A DNA stretch of 64,000 nt from Octopus vulgaris (Eukaryota), in the NCBI GenBank assembly GCA_951406725.2, contig OX597825.1:17360001-17424000 (forward strand). Reading direction: 5' to 3'. The position numbers were made by a program, and so were the translations under genes. Of the stretch, positions 42,744 through 56,770 are shown piece by piece. Within the stretch, counting starts at the first letter, position 1, and each line of letters opens with the position of its first letter. The notes below the pieces were generated by a model. That model was not told the DNA's origin and made no database searches. It saw only the letters and a list, made by a program, of their open reading frames with translations.

Positions 42744-43100
42744 TATATATGTCTTATTAGATATATATGAGTGTATGAATATATGTGTTTGTCTGTCTGT
42801 CTGTCTGTCTGTGTGTATTAATATGTATGTATATATGTGTGTGTATGTGTATCTGCATATGTATATGTATATGTATATGTATATATATGTAGATATAGAG
42901 TGATAGATAGGTACATGCATACATAAATAGATAGATAGGCAGATGCCTTGTGTAGTGTATGTGCATATTAACTGTATGAATGCAGGTCGTTATTCGATCC
43001 TTTCTAGGCGTATATTTAAATGCAATTTGTGCGTTCATCACCTTTTAGTTTTCACTGCAATTACGCTACACATATAACTGTAGCATAACAGCTGTTTATG

Positions 43101-43164
<64 letters not shown>

Positions 43165-43306
43165 TATATGTTGTATCGGATACCACCAAATCAGAAGTGG
43201 GCTATTCCACTACTGATAAATAGTGGACACAACAAGGAGTGTCAGTCGGCGTGGTACACCGTACGGGCCAGTCACGCAGACGACGAGGTTACGTCGTCAG
43301 AATGTG

Positions 43307-43425
<119 letters not shown>

Positions 43426-44136
43426 AGTGTGTGTGAGTGCTTGTGCGTGTATGTGTTCATATATATATATACAGAGATATACACGACTTATTATTCCATG
43501 GTAGCATTATCAACGCACACGAATTGTGATTATGTTGCAAAACTGCTCGTAAAATTATACGACAATATTATGAAGTAAAGACATAAAAGAAAATATGAGA
43601 AGCGTTAGACAATATTAAATTTACAAAGAAAATTGAAAGATTTTCCATAACACCATTCTCCTTATGATTAAATGGCTTAACGTTGTTTATTCATAGCTAT
43701 GAAATATGCTGAGAAAATGAAAATGACAGAAAGATTATGTACGAATATAATCAATCATATTTACACCAAACTAATACAGAGGTGGAGTTTTTTTTTCGTA
43801 TGTTTGTTTAAAATATATTATCAACATATATTAGAATTTTGTATGATACAGCGCAAAGAGTTGCAATATCTTGCTTCATAAGTAGCATATGCTAGAGAGA
43901 AAACGTGGCTACCATGACAACGTATATCAGCTTCGTGTAAATAATAGGCGCTGTTGATGTTTTTCTTCCTTAGACCAGGTGAGTCTTGATCGAATACATC
44001 TCAAGTCATCTGACATTTAAACCTTAACCACCCTGTCCGTTCGTGTTTTGAGTACTAGATTACCTAACGGTTCCTTCAAATTTTAGACGGCCTCATGTAG
44101 TTCAAAGTATTTCTATTATTCTAACATAGTGTATCT

Positions 44137-44340
44137 GGAGGCGCGTGGTTTAGTGGTTAGGGGTGTTGGATTTGTGATCGAAAGATTCTAGTTTCGAATC
44201 CTGGACCGGTCGTGGCGTTGTGTTCTTGAGTAAATGACATCATTTCACGTTGCTCGAGTTCAATCAGCTGGCAGAGACGGTTGATCCTACAGCAGAGCGT
44301 TGTCCCAACCTGGTGGAGAATATAACGTCATAGAAACCGT
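44137..44340 (+). mobile_element. tRNA-derived SINE family D
   Basis: ggaggcgcgtggtttagtggttagg A box, gtttcgaatcc B box, gttgtgttcttgag core; head fragment also at ~36847. Confidence 0.7.
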
Positions 44341-44929
44341 CAATATAAGACGGAAATGAACATTACTCAATTTTTCTTCTGGTTAGAGTAACTAGTAGTA
44401 CATTTTTAATCATAAATATATTTCTGATAAATTGGATGCTATACACACAAATAGATTCACCAGCTAGAGGTCCCCCGTTGTTTTTATGATAATTCTATTA
44501 TCATGAAACACCAGCGCCTTCCACGAAAGAAATCTGATATTTGAATATTGACGCAAACACCAACAATTCTAGAGTCAAATAAGCAAGTCTCGTCTTAGCT
44601 TCCTCAGCCTGCGAGACATAACGATCACATCTCTCATGAAAGACAGTCGAATGTACCATTCGTAAGTTATATAATACAGTGTTGGATAAAGAAGCCCTGA
44701 AAATATGACTCATTGCAGTAATTTTGTCGTAGATATGACTAATGACTACTCAGTTGGAGCTAAAAAGGCGCGACAGCACTGCCATTAGGTGCATGCACGA
44801 ACACTAAATAGAACCTCGAGTGAGAGAAAGACATTGTGGGAGACAGATAGAGCGAGGGAGGAAGAAAGAGAGAATGAGAAAGCCAGAGAAAGCGAGAGAG
44901 AGGGAGACAGAGGGAGAGATCCTGAACGG

Positions 44930-45153
44930 TCTCTTTTACTCTTTTATTTGTTTCAGTCATTTGACTGTGGCCTTGCTGGAACCCGCCTTTCGGCGAGTAA
45001 GTCGACCCAGGAATTATTCTTTGTAAGCCTAGTACTTATTCTATCGGTCTCTTTTGCCGAACCGCTAAGTTACGGGGATGTAAACACACCAGCATCGGTT
45101 GTCAAACGATGTTGCGGGGACAAACGCAGACACACAAACATATACACCCACAA

Positions 45154-45191
<38 letters not shown>

Positions 45192-45336
45192 GTATATACG
45201 ACGGGCTTCTTTCAGTTTCCGTCCACCAAATCCGCTCACAAGGCTTTGGTCGGCCCGAGGCTATTGTAGAAGACACTTGGCCAAGTTTCCATACGGTGGG
45301 ACTGAACCCGGAACCATGAGGTTGGTAAGCAAGCTA
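44930..45336 (-). mobile_element. SINE family A, 5'-truncated
   Basis: Reverse complement of family A. Confidence 0.88.
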
Positions 45337-45404
45337 ACATCATATTGGAAACAGGACGAAATCCAAAGCATGAAGAAATCAATCACGGGCTGGTAATTCT
45401 AGAA

Positions 45405-46053
<649 letters not shown>

Positions 46054-46054
46054 T

Positions 46055-46860
46055 AGTTCAGTAGTTTTATTTTTGTATCGTGCTTTCACTTCACTACAAA
46101 GCGCACCTCTGTGTGCCTTGGGTATGTGCTGTGGTTTGTTGTGATGCTCTTATGGTTACTGAATTGAAAGTGTTTTGCGTAGGATGTGGGGAGTGCCACG
46201 TAGTGCAATTTTCTCTATGTTATATATATTCGTAAGTCCTGGTGTTTTTGTTATGTATTTCTCTGAATATCTTTCTATCATACCCAATGCGCCTACTATG
46301 ATAGGGATTGTTTCTGTTTTTAGATCCCACATTCGAGTTACCTCTATTTCCAGGTCTTTGTATTTTGAAAGATTCTCCGTTTCTTTTAGAGAAACATTAT
46401 CATATACTGGTATAGATACATCAATTAGAAAGCATTTTTTCTTCATGATATCTGACAACTATATCCGGCATATTGGCCTTAATTTCTCTATCTGTGTGTA
46501 TTGGTATATATCCCAGAGTTTGGTTGCTTGTATGACCTTTTCTGGTGTGTGCCTATACCATCTTCTTTCTGTTGTTATTCCATAGTGTTGGCATAGCTTC
46601 CACTGTACGTAGGTCCCGACTCTGTCATCTCTGTGAATATATCCCTTCTTAGCCAGGACTGGGCAGCCAGAGATAATATGATTTATTGTTTTTTTTTTCC
46701 ATCTCCACATATTCTGCAAGTTACTTGTTATGTTTCTTTTCATTATATGTTTTTTAGTAATTTCTGGTGAGGAGACTTTGACATTCTGCTGCAATTAAAA
46801 ATCCCTCTGTCTCTGCTTTGAGTCCTGAGCTCCTCAACCATTGCTGGGATTTTTCTCCCT
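46055..46860 (-). mobile_element. 5'-truncated R4/Dong-like LINE (zinc finger + REL endonuclease, 3'UTR, (AAT)n tail)
   Basis: WLRSSGLKAETEGFLIAA, TINHIISGCPVLAKKGYIHRDDRVG, FLIDVSIP...KYKDLEIEVTRMW...PIIVGALG...ILRKTL; frameshifted. Confidence 0.88.
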
Positions 46861-46932
46861 AATCGTCTAGACCCCTCCCACCAAAATTTTAGGCTTTCTG
46901 CCTTTAGTACAAAGGTTTATTATTATTATTAA

Positions 46933-46984
<52 letters not shown>

Positions 46985-47140
46985 GGTACCGCGTTTCGTC
47001 CGTCCTTAGATTCTGAATTTACATTTCACCCTTTCGCGGTCGATAAATTAAGTACCATCTGCACGCTGGGGTCAATGTAATCGAGATAGCTCCCCCACCC
47101 AAAAAAAATTGCTGCCCTTGTGGCAAAATTTGAAACAATT
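46985..47140 (+). mobile_element. SINE family B fragment followed by (AGT)n (47190-47375)
   Basis: tttcacccttt cgcggtcgataaattaagtacca...ctggggtc. Confidence 0.7.
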
Positions 47141-47191
47141 ATTATTATTATTGGTGGTGTTTGTGGTAGCAGTAGCACCAGCAGAACCAGC

Positions 47192-47278
<87 letters not shown>

Positions 47279-47285
47279 TGTAGTT

Positions 47286-47341
<56 letters not shown>

Positions 47342-47342
47342 T

Positions 47343-47377
<35 letters not shown>

Positions 47378-47851
47378 GGCGACGGGAGTAATAGCCGATG
47401 CATATCTGGCAGCAAGTTCAAGCTAACAGCGGTTGAAATCGATTACACATGACCGGGTGGTATCTTGGTATCGCAAGAGATTGAAGTTTTTTTACAGCAT
47501 GCTGCTTTCGCTGTATAATATAGTCTCCCAGTTCGGCTGACACTAATTTTAGTCTTGGCGTAAATATTTGTAAGTAAATATTATTCTATGAAGCTACATA
47601 GTTTAATAAGTGAAAGAACAAACAAATAGAAACCCCCAAAAAAACAAAGCAAATCATGTGGCATGGTTCTGCTACCTGGCAGCTACATCCTATTTCCATT
47701 TCTGCTTCATGTCCCCAGTAATTACAGGAAGTGAAGGCGTGTATCATAGCTATTAGTGCTATTTCAGGTGCCTTTATTTGTTCATTGTTGACCTGAAAAT
47801 GATGCATTAATATAAGGTTTAGATCAAACAAGCATCGCATATATATCTCGA

Positions 47852-48070
47852 TACACGAAGAGGTGCTAACACGTTCTTGGTTTTAAGTGTACCACGAAAG
47901 TCCTATTTCGAGACCCAACCTTCTATGTTCTTTTACAGGGCTTAGATGAACTGAAGGACTGTTGCAATAAGTGTATGGATCTGAGAGGGGGATATGTTGA
48001 ATAAAACCATAACTGATTCTCCAATATTTTCTTTTACTCAAAGCCAGGAACTTTTCAGCAATCCCTCGTA
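47852..48070 (+). mobile_element. Mariner-derived MITE
   Basis: Imperfect TIRs (acgaagaggtgctaacacgttcttgg / ccaggaacttttcagcaatccctcgta); transposase C-terminal relic CNKCMDLRGGYVE*. Confidence 0.7.
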
Positions 48071-51000
48071 TTTGCGTTCTTGGAATGGCACATAATCCTA
48101 GATGCCCTAGCTGAAGTGATTGGCGAAAAGAAAACATCATATCAATGAGATACATCCTGGGGTACAACAATTCATTTTCTCGTAAGAACGAGGGAATTTG
48201 TAATTATTTACAGACAAAATTTCCTCCGACATCTTTTTTATATATATGTATAAATTATTTAACTGCCCCTTCGGCAAAATGTTATTATTCGTGATATATA
48301 ACATTGAATCGTGTCAGATATAGGTATTTGTTATAGTTTTAAGATTTTAGATCTTAGACTTAATTCAAACGCGATTACTTTAATAAAGATTTAAATCAAT
48401 TTTATTAAAATAAGTATAAGGAATATGGTAATTATGTATGCGGTGTTTTTTTTATATGATATGTTTGTCGTAGCGGTTTTCAAATATCATTCACTTTGTC
48501 ATATGCTGTAATACGTACAAAGGATTTCACATAAAGCAATCATTTACGTAAATTCGGAATCCGTCACATTAAATTGGAAGTGGTTAATATAGTGCACTCA
48601 GTCTAAAATATTGTAGTAGTATTTCAAACAGCATCAAGGGAAGGACTTAACATTCCTTATATGAGGAATAGTAACCAAAATAGAATATGCGCTGATTGTC
48701 CAAGAGTAATTTTTCCTGAATAGCATCATTTAAAAACTTCTGTCATCAAGGAAGAAAATGAGTACGCAATTACGTAAGTAATTTTCCTTAAAAAACACGC
48801 CTTACATTATTGCAATCACCGGGGAAATAGAATTTTCTTCATACTTTGGGTTGCTATTGTATACGTTAGAGGTTGGTAATTCATTTGCGTAGTTGTAATA
48901 TAAGAGGACTGTTTCTAAGAATTCTTTTATGAAAGTGCTGTTTCAGCTGACTGTACATTTAACAATATATTGCTTTTGTTTTGAATCGTTAATACCATTA
49001 ATTCATAATTCATTTTCATTTTATCGCTTTGCATTGGCGAATACTTTGAGTCTTTTGACTACGCTTCACAAATATATCTTACACTTTTGACTTGATTTTG
49101 CAAGCATAACACATTTTCTAATATTCTTATCTACATATCACTTTGCAGTTTATCTTTTCCTCCTGATAAAATTTGTTATTGTATCTTGTTTTCTTACTTT
49201 TAAGAGATTGTTTTTCAATTTTCATTGGGCGCAACTTAATAGTTTATTTTTCACCAAGTTATTGCATATTAGGTCCCCAGACCTGTCTTATTAAAATTGT
49301 GTAATTTATAATATGTTCTGCTGACTAAGTAAATCATTGCCTATTCTCTATGTGTCACTTGGGTTAATTTATTCAATACTCCTAAAATTATTATTTATAT
49401 CGTTCTTTTATGAAATACTTTCTTCATAATCTTCGTGGTTTTCGTTGCATAATTATTGTCACGAAATTCTTTTACAAATGTTGAAGTATTGGTTACCTTA
49501 TTTTGCCATGTGTGTGTTTTTGCATGATAGGAAATCGACCGCCACTTCCGTGGTTCTCACGTCATTAAATATTTACTTTTTCTTTTGATTTAGAGATATA
49601 GAAGGTGAATTTAAAATGATAATTACTGTGTAATACCAATACATTTCTTTTGAAGGTATGCGTATTTCTTGTTGCATAGTATTGCTGTACATTTCTGCAT
49701 CCGATGGCAATATTCAACAGTTAATACATGAGCCATCGTCAAATAAAGCCCAATTTTTATTTATATATGTCTTCCATGACGGTGGAAATAAACCTCGAAA
49801 CGCATGCTAGCTACCTTATTGCTTTATAGGACATGATTTTCATAATCTACATTTCAGTATCTGTTACACTGTTCATTGGGCGGTTCTAGATATATGACTA
49901 TTTATAGCTGGAATAAAGTGACTCCTGTTTCATCTACAGTGTGAGGTAAATCTTTATAGCAACAAACTTACATCGCAATGACAACAGATGCACCGAATCA
50001 GACAATAATATGTGCAAGGTAATCTGGCGAGCGAATTAGGATCAGTGATAAAATATTAAAATACATCAACTTAAAATCTCGACAAGTGCCAAACCTCAAT
50101 CTTTGAGTGTATAACTTGTCTGACATTAAATTATTCACCAAAATCGCAGAAAAATTATCATGTTTGATGTTATATAATTTTACTGAGAAGCTATTCGAAC
50201 AAATTCTTTCGCGTGTTCGTATTCCGCACAATCGACACAAGAAACTGGATAACGTTCCTTTTGTGATACAGTAAGTAATCCACAGTTAATATTAAAAATA
50301 ATCAAAATCATGTGAAAGTCGTGGGTTGTAACAAAGTAGCAGCCATCAGTGAATTAGTAGGAATAGTCAAAAATAAAAAAAAAGAAAGTAAACTAATTAT
50401 TATACTAATTATTCAACTAAACTATACTCAGAGGATACAGATAAAATTATAATTCATTGGCATTCATATTAGGAACGCCAATGAATTATAATAAAAGAAC
50501 TGACAATATCGGGGGTTAACATTGATATATCTATATACAAAATATCCATAGTCAGTTTCCGAAGCAGAGCATCATAGCCTTTCTTTCTATAAAGCCGTTA
50601 ATGTTCTCTGTAACAAAAGTGAATATTCCACCATCAATCAAGAGGATTATCAGCAATTATGCCCAGACTTCTTTAATGGAAATATATTCAGGCAGGCATC
50701 GTCGTTTTACTTTGAAGATCCGAAATAGCTGGTGTTTCAAAGACAAATATATAAAACAGTTTGGGTACTAAAATTTACACAATTTAAATTAGGACAAAAC
50801 AGACTTACAAATTGTTTTTAAAACTCCACCTTGCACCCAGCCTGAACCTGAATATCATCAGAAATATGGCAAGGTCCTTTCTCATACCAAACGGTAGCTG
50901 TTGAACAGAAACAGTATGAGATTTAACTAGAGATGTACAAAAAACAAAAGATGAAATTTATCGCGTAGCTACAACCTTATAGTCTTCAGCCGTGCCATCA

Positions 51001-51179
51001 AGTTGCAGTAAATAACTTTTGACAATCAACTTAAGATTTCATTTAGAAAAAAATCAAGAAATAAATTTGTCTGTGCAACCTGGGATAAGATGCCGCTGCC
51101 CTAGAATAACGTGCTCTCCTTTAGCTTCCATAACTAATTATCTTGCTCTGTTATTATGCTAGTTGTGTATGTTTTCGAC

Positions 51180-51227
51180 TGCAAGAGAAGACTCCATATG
51201 TTTAAACATATGGAGTCTTCTCTTGCA
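51180..51227. repeat. Perfect 48-bp palindrome
   Basis: TGCAAGAGAAGACTCCATATGTTT|AAACATATGGAGTCTTCTCTTGCA. Confidence 0.95.
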
Positions 51228-51948
51228 TTGATTTTAAGCCTTTACATTATTCTACGCTAATGAATAAGTAAATTAACAGGCTATAAAAGCTAGTTAATAA
51301 CGGTTGTTAGGATAATTTTTTATACAAGAATTATGCAATAATATACAAATGAATTCAATGCTACATATAGAAGACAGAAAAATCAATGAAGCACATAAAA
51401 TCTGTATTATGCATCGTGACTATAGAATAGCCTGTCCTTATATCCCAGCTGCAGAAGCAAAGTTTTCTGGCTATAAAACAGCTGCATACGTTATAACAAC
51501 TGCCATTAATTGGAATGCAACATACCTTAAACGAGATCATATACAATCATTAAATAATTCGCTAAAGAATAAAAAAGCATAAATTATGAACCCAAAAAAT
51601 AAACATGAGCGATAGAGTGTAAATGATATAAATACGAAAGAATAGGTGACACATTAAAATGGATACCAAGGAAACAGAGATATTCATGATCACCAGAGAC
51701 AAATAAAATCCAACATAAAAAAAAGCAAGCGTATAGTTTTTGTGTGCAAGACACGAATGCGTTGAATAAATTTCAAGCGATGCCTAAAAACTTGTGGGAG
51801 ACAAAGAGTACGATCGTTGAATAATATGTTAGGAAACAAAAACCAGTAAAATGTATCGCAAAGTGTTTTGTCCGACACTCTAAACATCTAAAGCCACCTT
51901 CAATCCACCGCCGTAATAATAATAATAATAATAATGATAATAATAATA

Positions 51949-51991
<43 letters not shown>

Positions 51992-52059
51992 CAATAATGA
52001 AGGATCATAAATACACGTTGGGGACTGAACACAAATTTAGAATACAATTACAGTGGGAT

Positions 52060-53945
52060 TATATAATAAAAAAAAATTGTTTAATGTTCACAAAAGTATA
52101 GCAACGAATAAAATTCTAGCAATTAAAATCCCACAAAGAGGGAGACTTCTTGGAGCTGCTAAAAACACCACCACAACCGCTATGCTCTTACTTCTCGGGT
52201 AAATGCCCTCTCATATTCATCAAATCTCCATTCAACGGGTGTTGAGAGCAAATGAGGCACCTAACCGGAGGAACGCGTCCCTTCCAGAGAGGGTGAAGGA
52301 GTGTTCGCTGCAGTGTGATCAGATGTAAACTGGGGCAAGAGATAAAAAGGAGCCGATGTAAGCATTGGCCGATTCTACTCGACATTTATAGAATACCTTT
52401 CTCTCGGCCAATTTCTGGGTGAGGTTGTCCACTGTGCTCGTCGCCTAGTCTTCATCTGGACATCCAGACCAACCCTGACCATGAAGAGTTTAAACGGTAC
52501 CTCGGTGCAGAGTCCTACGAAGTTATTGGACGGCTTGTACGTGCCTCTCTAGGTGTCGAGCTGTGGGCCCAATGACAGTGACCTATACTGTGTATGTTGA
52601 CACGATCCTTTGATATCCTAGTTCGCAGGGTAGCCTCTCAACGCTTCCAGTTTCTGCAATAGTAGCTCCAAAGCCGGAACACACCGAAAGAACGAGAGCG
52701 GGCACAAAAGAATGAAAAAAAAAACTACGGGGCATATGTTGCTGTAAAGCGGCTGCCGTGAGAATTGCTGCCACGAAGACTTTAGAGCGATCCAAATTGA
52801 TAAGAGCCCGAACCATACCAGCTTCTTTAACCACATCGCCTGTAATTTATCGTATGAGGTAGGTGGATCTACTTGGGATGGCGCATATTTGCGTATCAAT
52901 GGAGACTACACTTCGTTCTACACTGTCATCCGTCTCAAAGAGTTAGGCGAAGTGTTATTGGAACGCCACACACTACCGCTTGGGCACGAGTACTCTGTAT
53001 CTATTTTAGTCCACCTAAGACAAAGTTGTGGCTTTGATTTTCTTTGCCCCACTGGCACTCGGGCCTCTCGAGTGCTTTCATTCTTTCTTGTCTTAGAGAG
53101 CACACCTTCACACTGGTACAGTATCCTTCGTGTTTAGCGTTGAACTTGGTCTCGGGTCAATGCCGTCGCTAGCTCGACGGTTACGATGCACTTCGTAAGC
53201 GCCCCTTTTAAGTTTATCACAAAGCTCCCTCCTATTCTATTACTTTCTATCGCTAATGCCTTACTAAACATAGTTGATTCTACTCTAATTGTTTCGTTTT
53301 CAGGGCAAACCACCATTTATTGTTGACGATTGATCGCGTCAACGCCCGTTTAACTACTTCACTAACTTGGTCTCTGTAAGCTTGGCATGCCGAAAGTGAC
53401 GTGTTCAACTTCTAGTAACCAGATCTCCGCACACGAAGTCTATCTAGGTTGACCGTGTAGACCCCAATTTTTTTTCTTTTGTGTCCTCTCTCATTCTTTC
53501 GGTGTGCTCCGGGTTTAGAGCCACGACTGCAGAAACTGGAGACGTTGAGAGGTTATCCGTGCGAACTAGGATATCGGAGGATCGTGTCAGTAAACACAGT
53601 AGATAATACTCAATCTAGATACGACCTAGATGAACCAATGTGCGTCGTCCATATCCACACTGGAACATCCTAGAAATCCAGTCAGTCGCTGTCAGACAGT
53701 TGAAAAAGCCTGAGTGGTTTGTGTGGCTTTTGCGCCTCTCTCATAATATAAACGTATATTAATATGGAGTTCCAATCACTCATTATTAGCAATGAAGATC
53801 GAGGCATTGCCTGGAAAAGGTAGACGTCTGAAAAAGTATGGTTGCCCGGTCGGAGCATAAGGAGACAATAGTCAGAAGGAACACTATTTGTTACTATTCA
53901 CATCCATTCTACGTCCTGGAAGATAGTATTAATCTTGAAATCCAG
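52060..53945 (-). mobile_element. Decayed Tx1/L1-like LINE ORF2 (APE endonuclease + RT), heavily deleted
   Basis: Collinear minus-strand relics: GQPYFFRRL, SDWNSIL, VWIWT..GSSRSYLD, GY*KLNTSL, NNKWWFALK, QICAIPSRS, ALINLDRSKVF, CPLS...LELLLQKL, LWKGRVP...QHPLNG. Confidence 0.82.
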
Positions 53946-53977
53946 ACTTCCCTCTTTCTCACACACACATATGTATA

Positions 53978-54022
<45 letters not shown>

Positions 54023-54085
54023 ATATATATATATTCTACAATATATTTTGTAAGTTCCCCATAGAAGCGTAAAAATTTGTCAACA

Positions 54086-54156
54086 AACAGCCCGGGGACT
54101 CGAACCCACGTTCGCCAACACTGTGGCTGAGTGCTTTCCCATTAAGCTAAACTGCT
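54086..54156 (-). pseudogene. tRNA-like sequence (tRNA pseudogene or SINE head)
   Basis: A box TAGCTTAATGG, D stem GCTT/AAGC, B box GGTTCGAGTCC, acceptor stem pairs with G-U; anticodon and T stems mismatched. Confidence 0.6.
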
Positions 54157-54419
54157 CGTGGACATATTTCCCACTGATTTCGACGTTAAATAAACTAATT
54201 GAACAACACGTGTGTATTTATATAAATTAAATAACATTTGAGTTATTAGAAGCGTCGGAATGTGTATTGTATATGATGTATTCCTGCTGTTCTAATTGCA
54301 ATTCTGTGTTCTAAAATAAAATTATTATTCCTGTATCGTGCAATAGACATTTCGACTCTTCTAATAAAACGCATGTTACTATGCTTATATTCATATCCCC
54401 ACAACACATATATTTATAT

Positions 54420-54645
54420 GTAGCGAGCTGGCAGAATCATTAGCATGCCAGGCGAAATGCTTACCAGTATTTTGTCTGCTGCTACGTTCTGAGTTCAAAT
54501 TATGCCGAGGTCGACTTTGCGTTTCATCCTTTCGGGGCCGATAAATAAAGTACCAGTTTCACACTGGAGTCGATGTAATTGACTTAATCCCTTTGTCTGT
54601 CCTTGTTTGCCCCCTCTGTGTTTAGCCTCTTGTGAGTAGTAAATA
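54420..54645 (+). mobile_element. SINE family B
   Basis: Close match to 21430-21662. Confidence 0.88.
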
Positions 54646-55029
54646 ATTTATATTTATATACCAACAGGTATACACGTGGTTGCATGAGATTTAAACGTAT
54701 CCGATTAACTATATAAACGTAAGACAGGAGTAGCTATCATTAGCTAAAGTATTACTCAAGAAGTTCAAGTTCTCCAGTTTCGAAAAAATAACGGTTTTAC
54801 GAGGTAAGATCAGAATTAACAATAGTATATTTACGTCCCATTTTGCTTGTGTGAAGACACTTCGTGTTTGCAATATATCGTAGCTGAAGAGACTGAAACA
54901 AATTTCATACTGATGGCAATGTATTATATTAGGGAGGTTGTAATTTTCTGTCTACGAGAAATATTGCATTACATTTTTGCTTCAGAAATGATATTTTGCC
55001 TTTGAGACATTATATTATAGCACTTCACG

Positions 55030-55215
55030 TGTTACGCGTGTGTATATGCATGTGTGTGTGCGTGCAAATCTGCATACGCATACATATGTGTATATCTATG
55101 TGTGTGTGTGTGTGTGTGTTTATGTGTATGTATGTGTGTACATATATACGCACATACATACATGCGTATGTGTATAAATACAGACAGACTGATTCATAGA
55201 TATACGCACGCAATG

Positions 55216-55252
<37 letters not shown>

Positions 55253-55299
55253 ATGCACACTCACACACATATATATATATATATGTATATATATATGTT

Positions 55300-55332
<33 letters not shown>

Positions 55333-55462
55333 TCATATATATATATATACATATACATATATATATATATATATTCGTATATATATATGCATATATATAT
55401 GTATGTATATATATATATATACATATATATATACATATATATATACATATATGTATACATAC

Positions 55463-55509
<47 letters not shown>

Positions 55510-55580
55510 CATACATACATACATACATACATACATACATACATACATACATACATACATACATACATACATACATTCAT
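55030..55580. repeat. Compound TG/TA/ATAC microsatellite
   Basis: Direct reading. Confidence 0.95.
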
Positions 55581-55987
55581 GCTTATATAAGCACATACAT
55601 TGATGTATGTATCACATAATTATTAATAAACTTAGTTATATACATAGAAATGGAAGTGTATCCTTCATTTCTATCTCCGCTTTGCTTTTATGTGCAGTAA
55701 ATGGTCCTATCTTCCTTCAATTTATAACAGTACATCCCAATAAAGACATTTTTTTTCCCTTTCAAACGCAGTTCAAGAAGAGATATTAGTAGTAGGATGT
55801 GTCTAGATCGTAGATAATGCTTGTAAGCCATACACACACAGAGATAATAAATAGGTACAAATATAAATATATATGAATGTGTGCCCATGTATTAGTGCAT
55901 TTATTCAGTTATGTAACCCTCTCTGCACACACAAAGTATGACTATATACATACATACATAAATACATTTATAAAAATATATATATAC

Positions 55988-56042
<55 letters not shown>

Positions 56043-56169
56043 CGCGTGTGTGTGTGTGTTTATACATACAAATATGTCCGCTTTGTTTTGCTAGTAGTAC
56101 TATTATAACTATTATTGAACACACGAAAGTGATATAAATGTATATTGCTATTATTTTGTGGTTAGCAAT

Positions 56170-56171
<2 letters not shown>

Positions 56172-56243
<72 letters not shown>

Positions 56244-56259
56244 CATTATTATTATTATA

Positions 56260-56304
<45 letters not shown>

Positions 56305-56305
56305 G

Positions 56306-56378
<73 letters not shown>

Positions 56379-56666
56379 CATTATTATTATTTTGAGTAGT
56401 AGTTGTAGGTAGTGGTACTACTAGGTAGTAGTAGTAGTGGTGGTAGTAGTAGTAGCCAGAGTCGTCGTCGTCGTCGTCGTAGTAGTAGTAGTAGTAGTAG
56501 TAGTAATATTAGTTGTAATACCCGCAACAGATTTAATGTGACCACTATAGATATTGTTACCAGGCTTACAATGTGTGACACACTTGTTTCACTATCCACT
56601 TATCATTTTTCCCATGTCTGTATGGCTCTTTCTGTTATGTTGTAGTTGTTGTTGCTATTATTATTA

Positions 56667-56716
<50 letters not shown>

Positions 56717-56770
56717 GTTGTTGTTGTTGTAGTTGTTGTTGTTGCTGTTGCTGTTGTTGTTGTTTTGTTG
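56172..56770. repeat. (ATT)n, (AGT)n, (GTC)n, (GTT)n microsatellites
   Basis: Direct reading. Confidence 0.95.

Noticed and set aside
44500-44750. Possible Gypsy RNase H relic (YNTVLDKEALKI)
   Set aside because: Single short motif; too decayed to call.
54880-54905. CTGAAGA-gact-GAAA (also CTGACGA...GAAA at ~29323 and minus ~57220-57240)
   Set aside because: No stem II or stem I pairing; not hammerheads.
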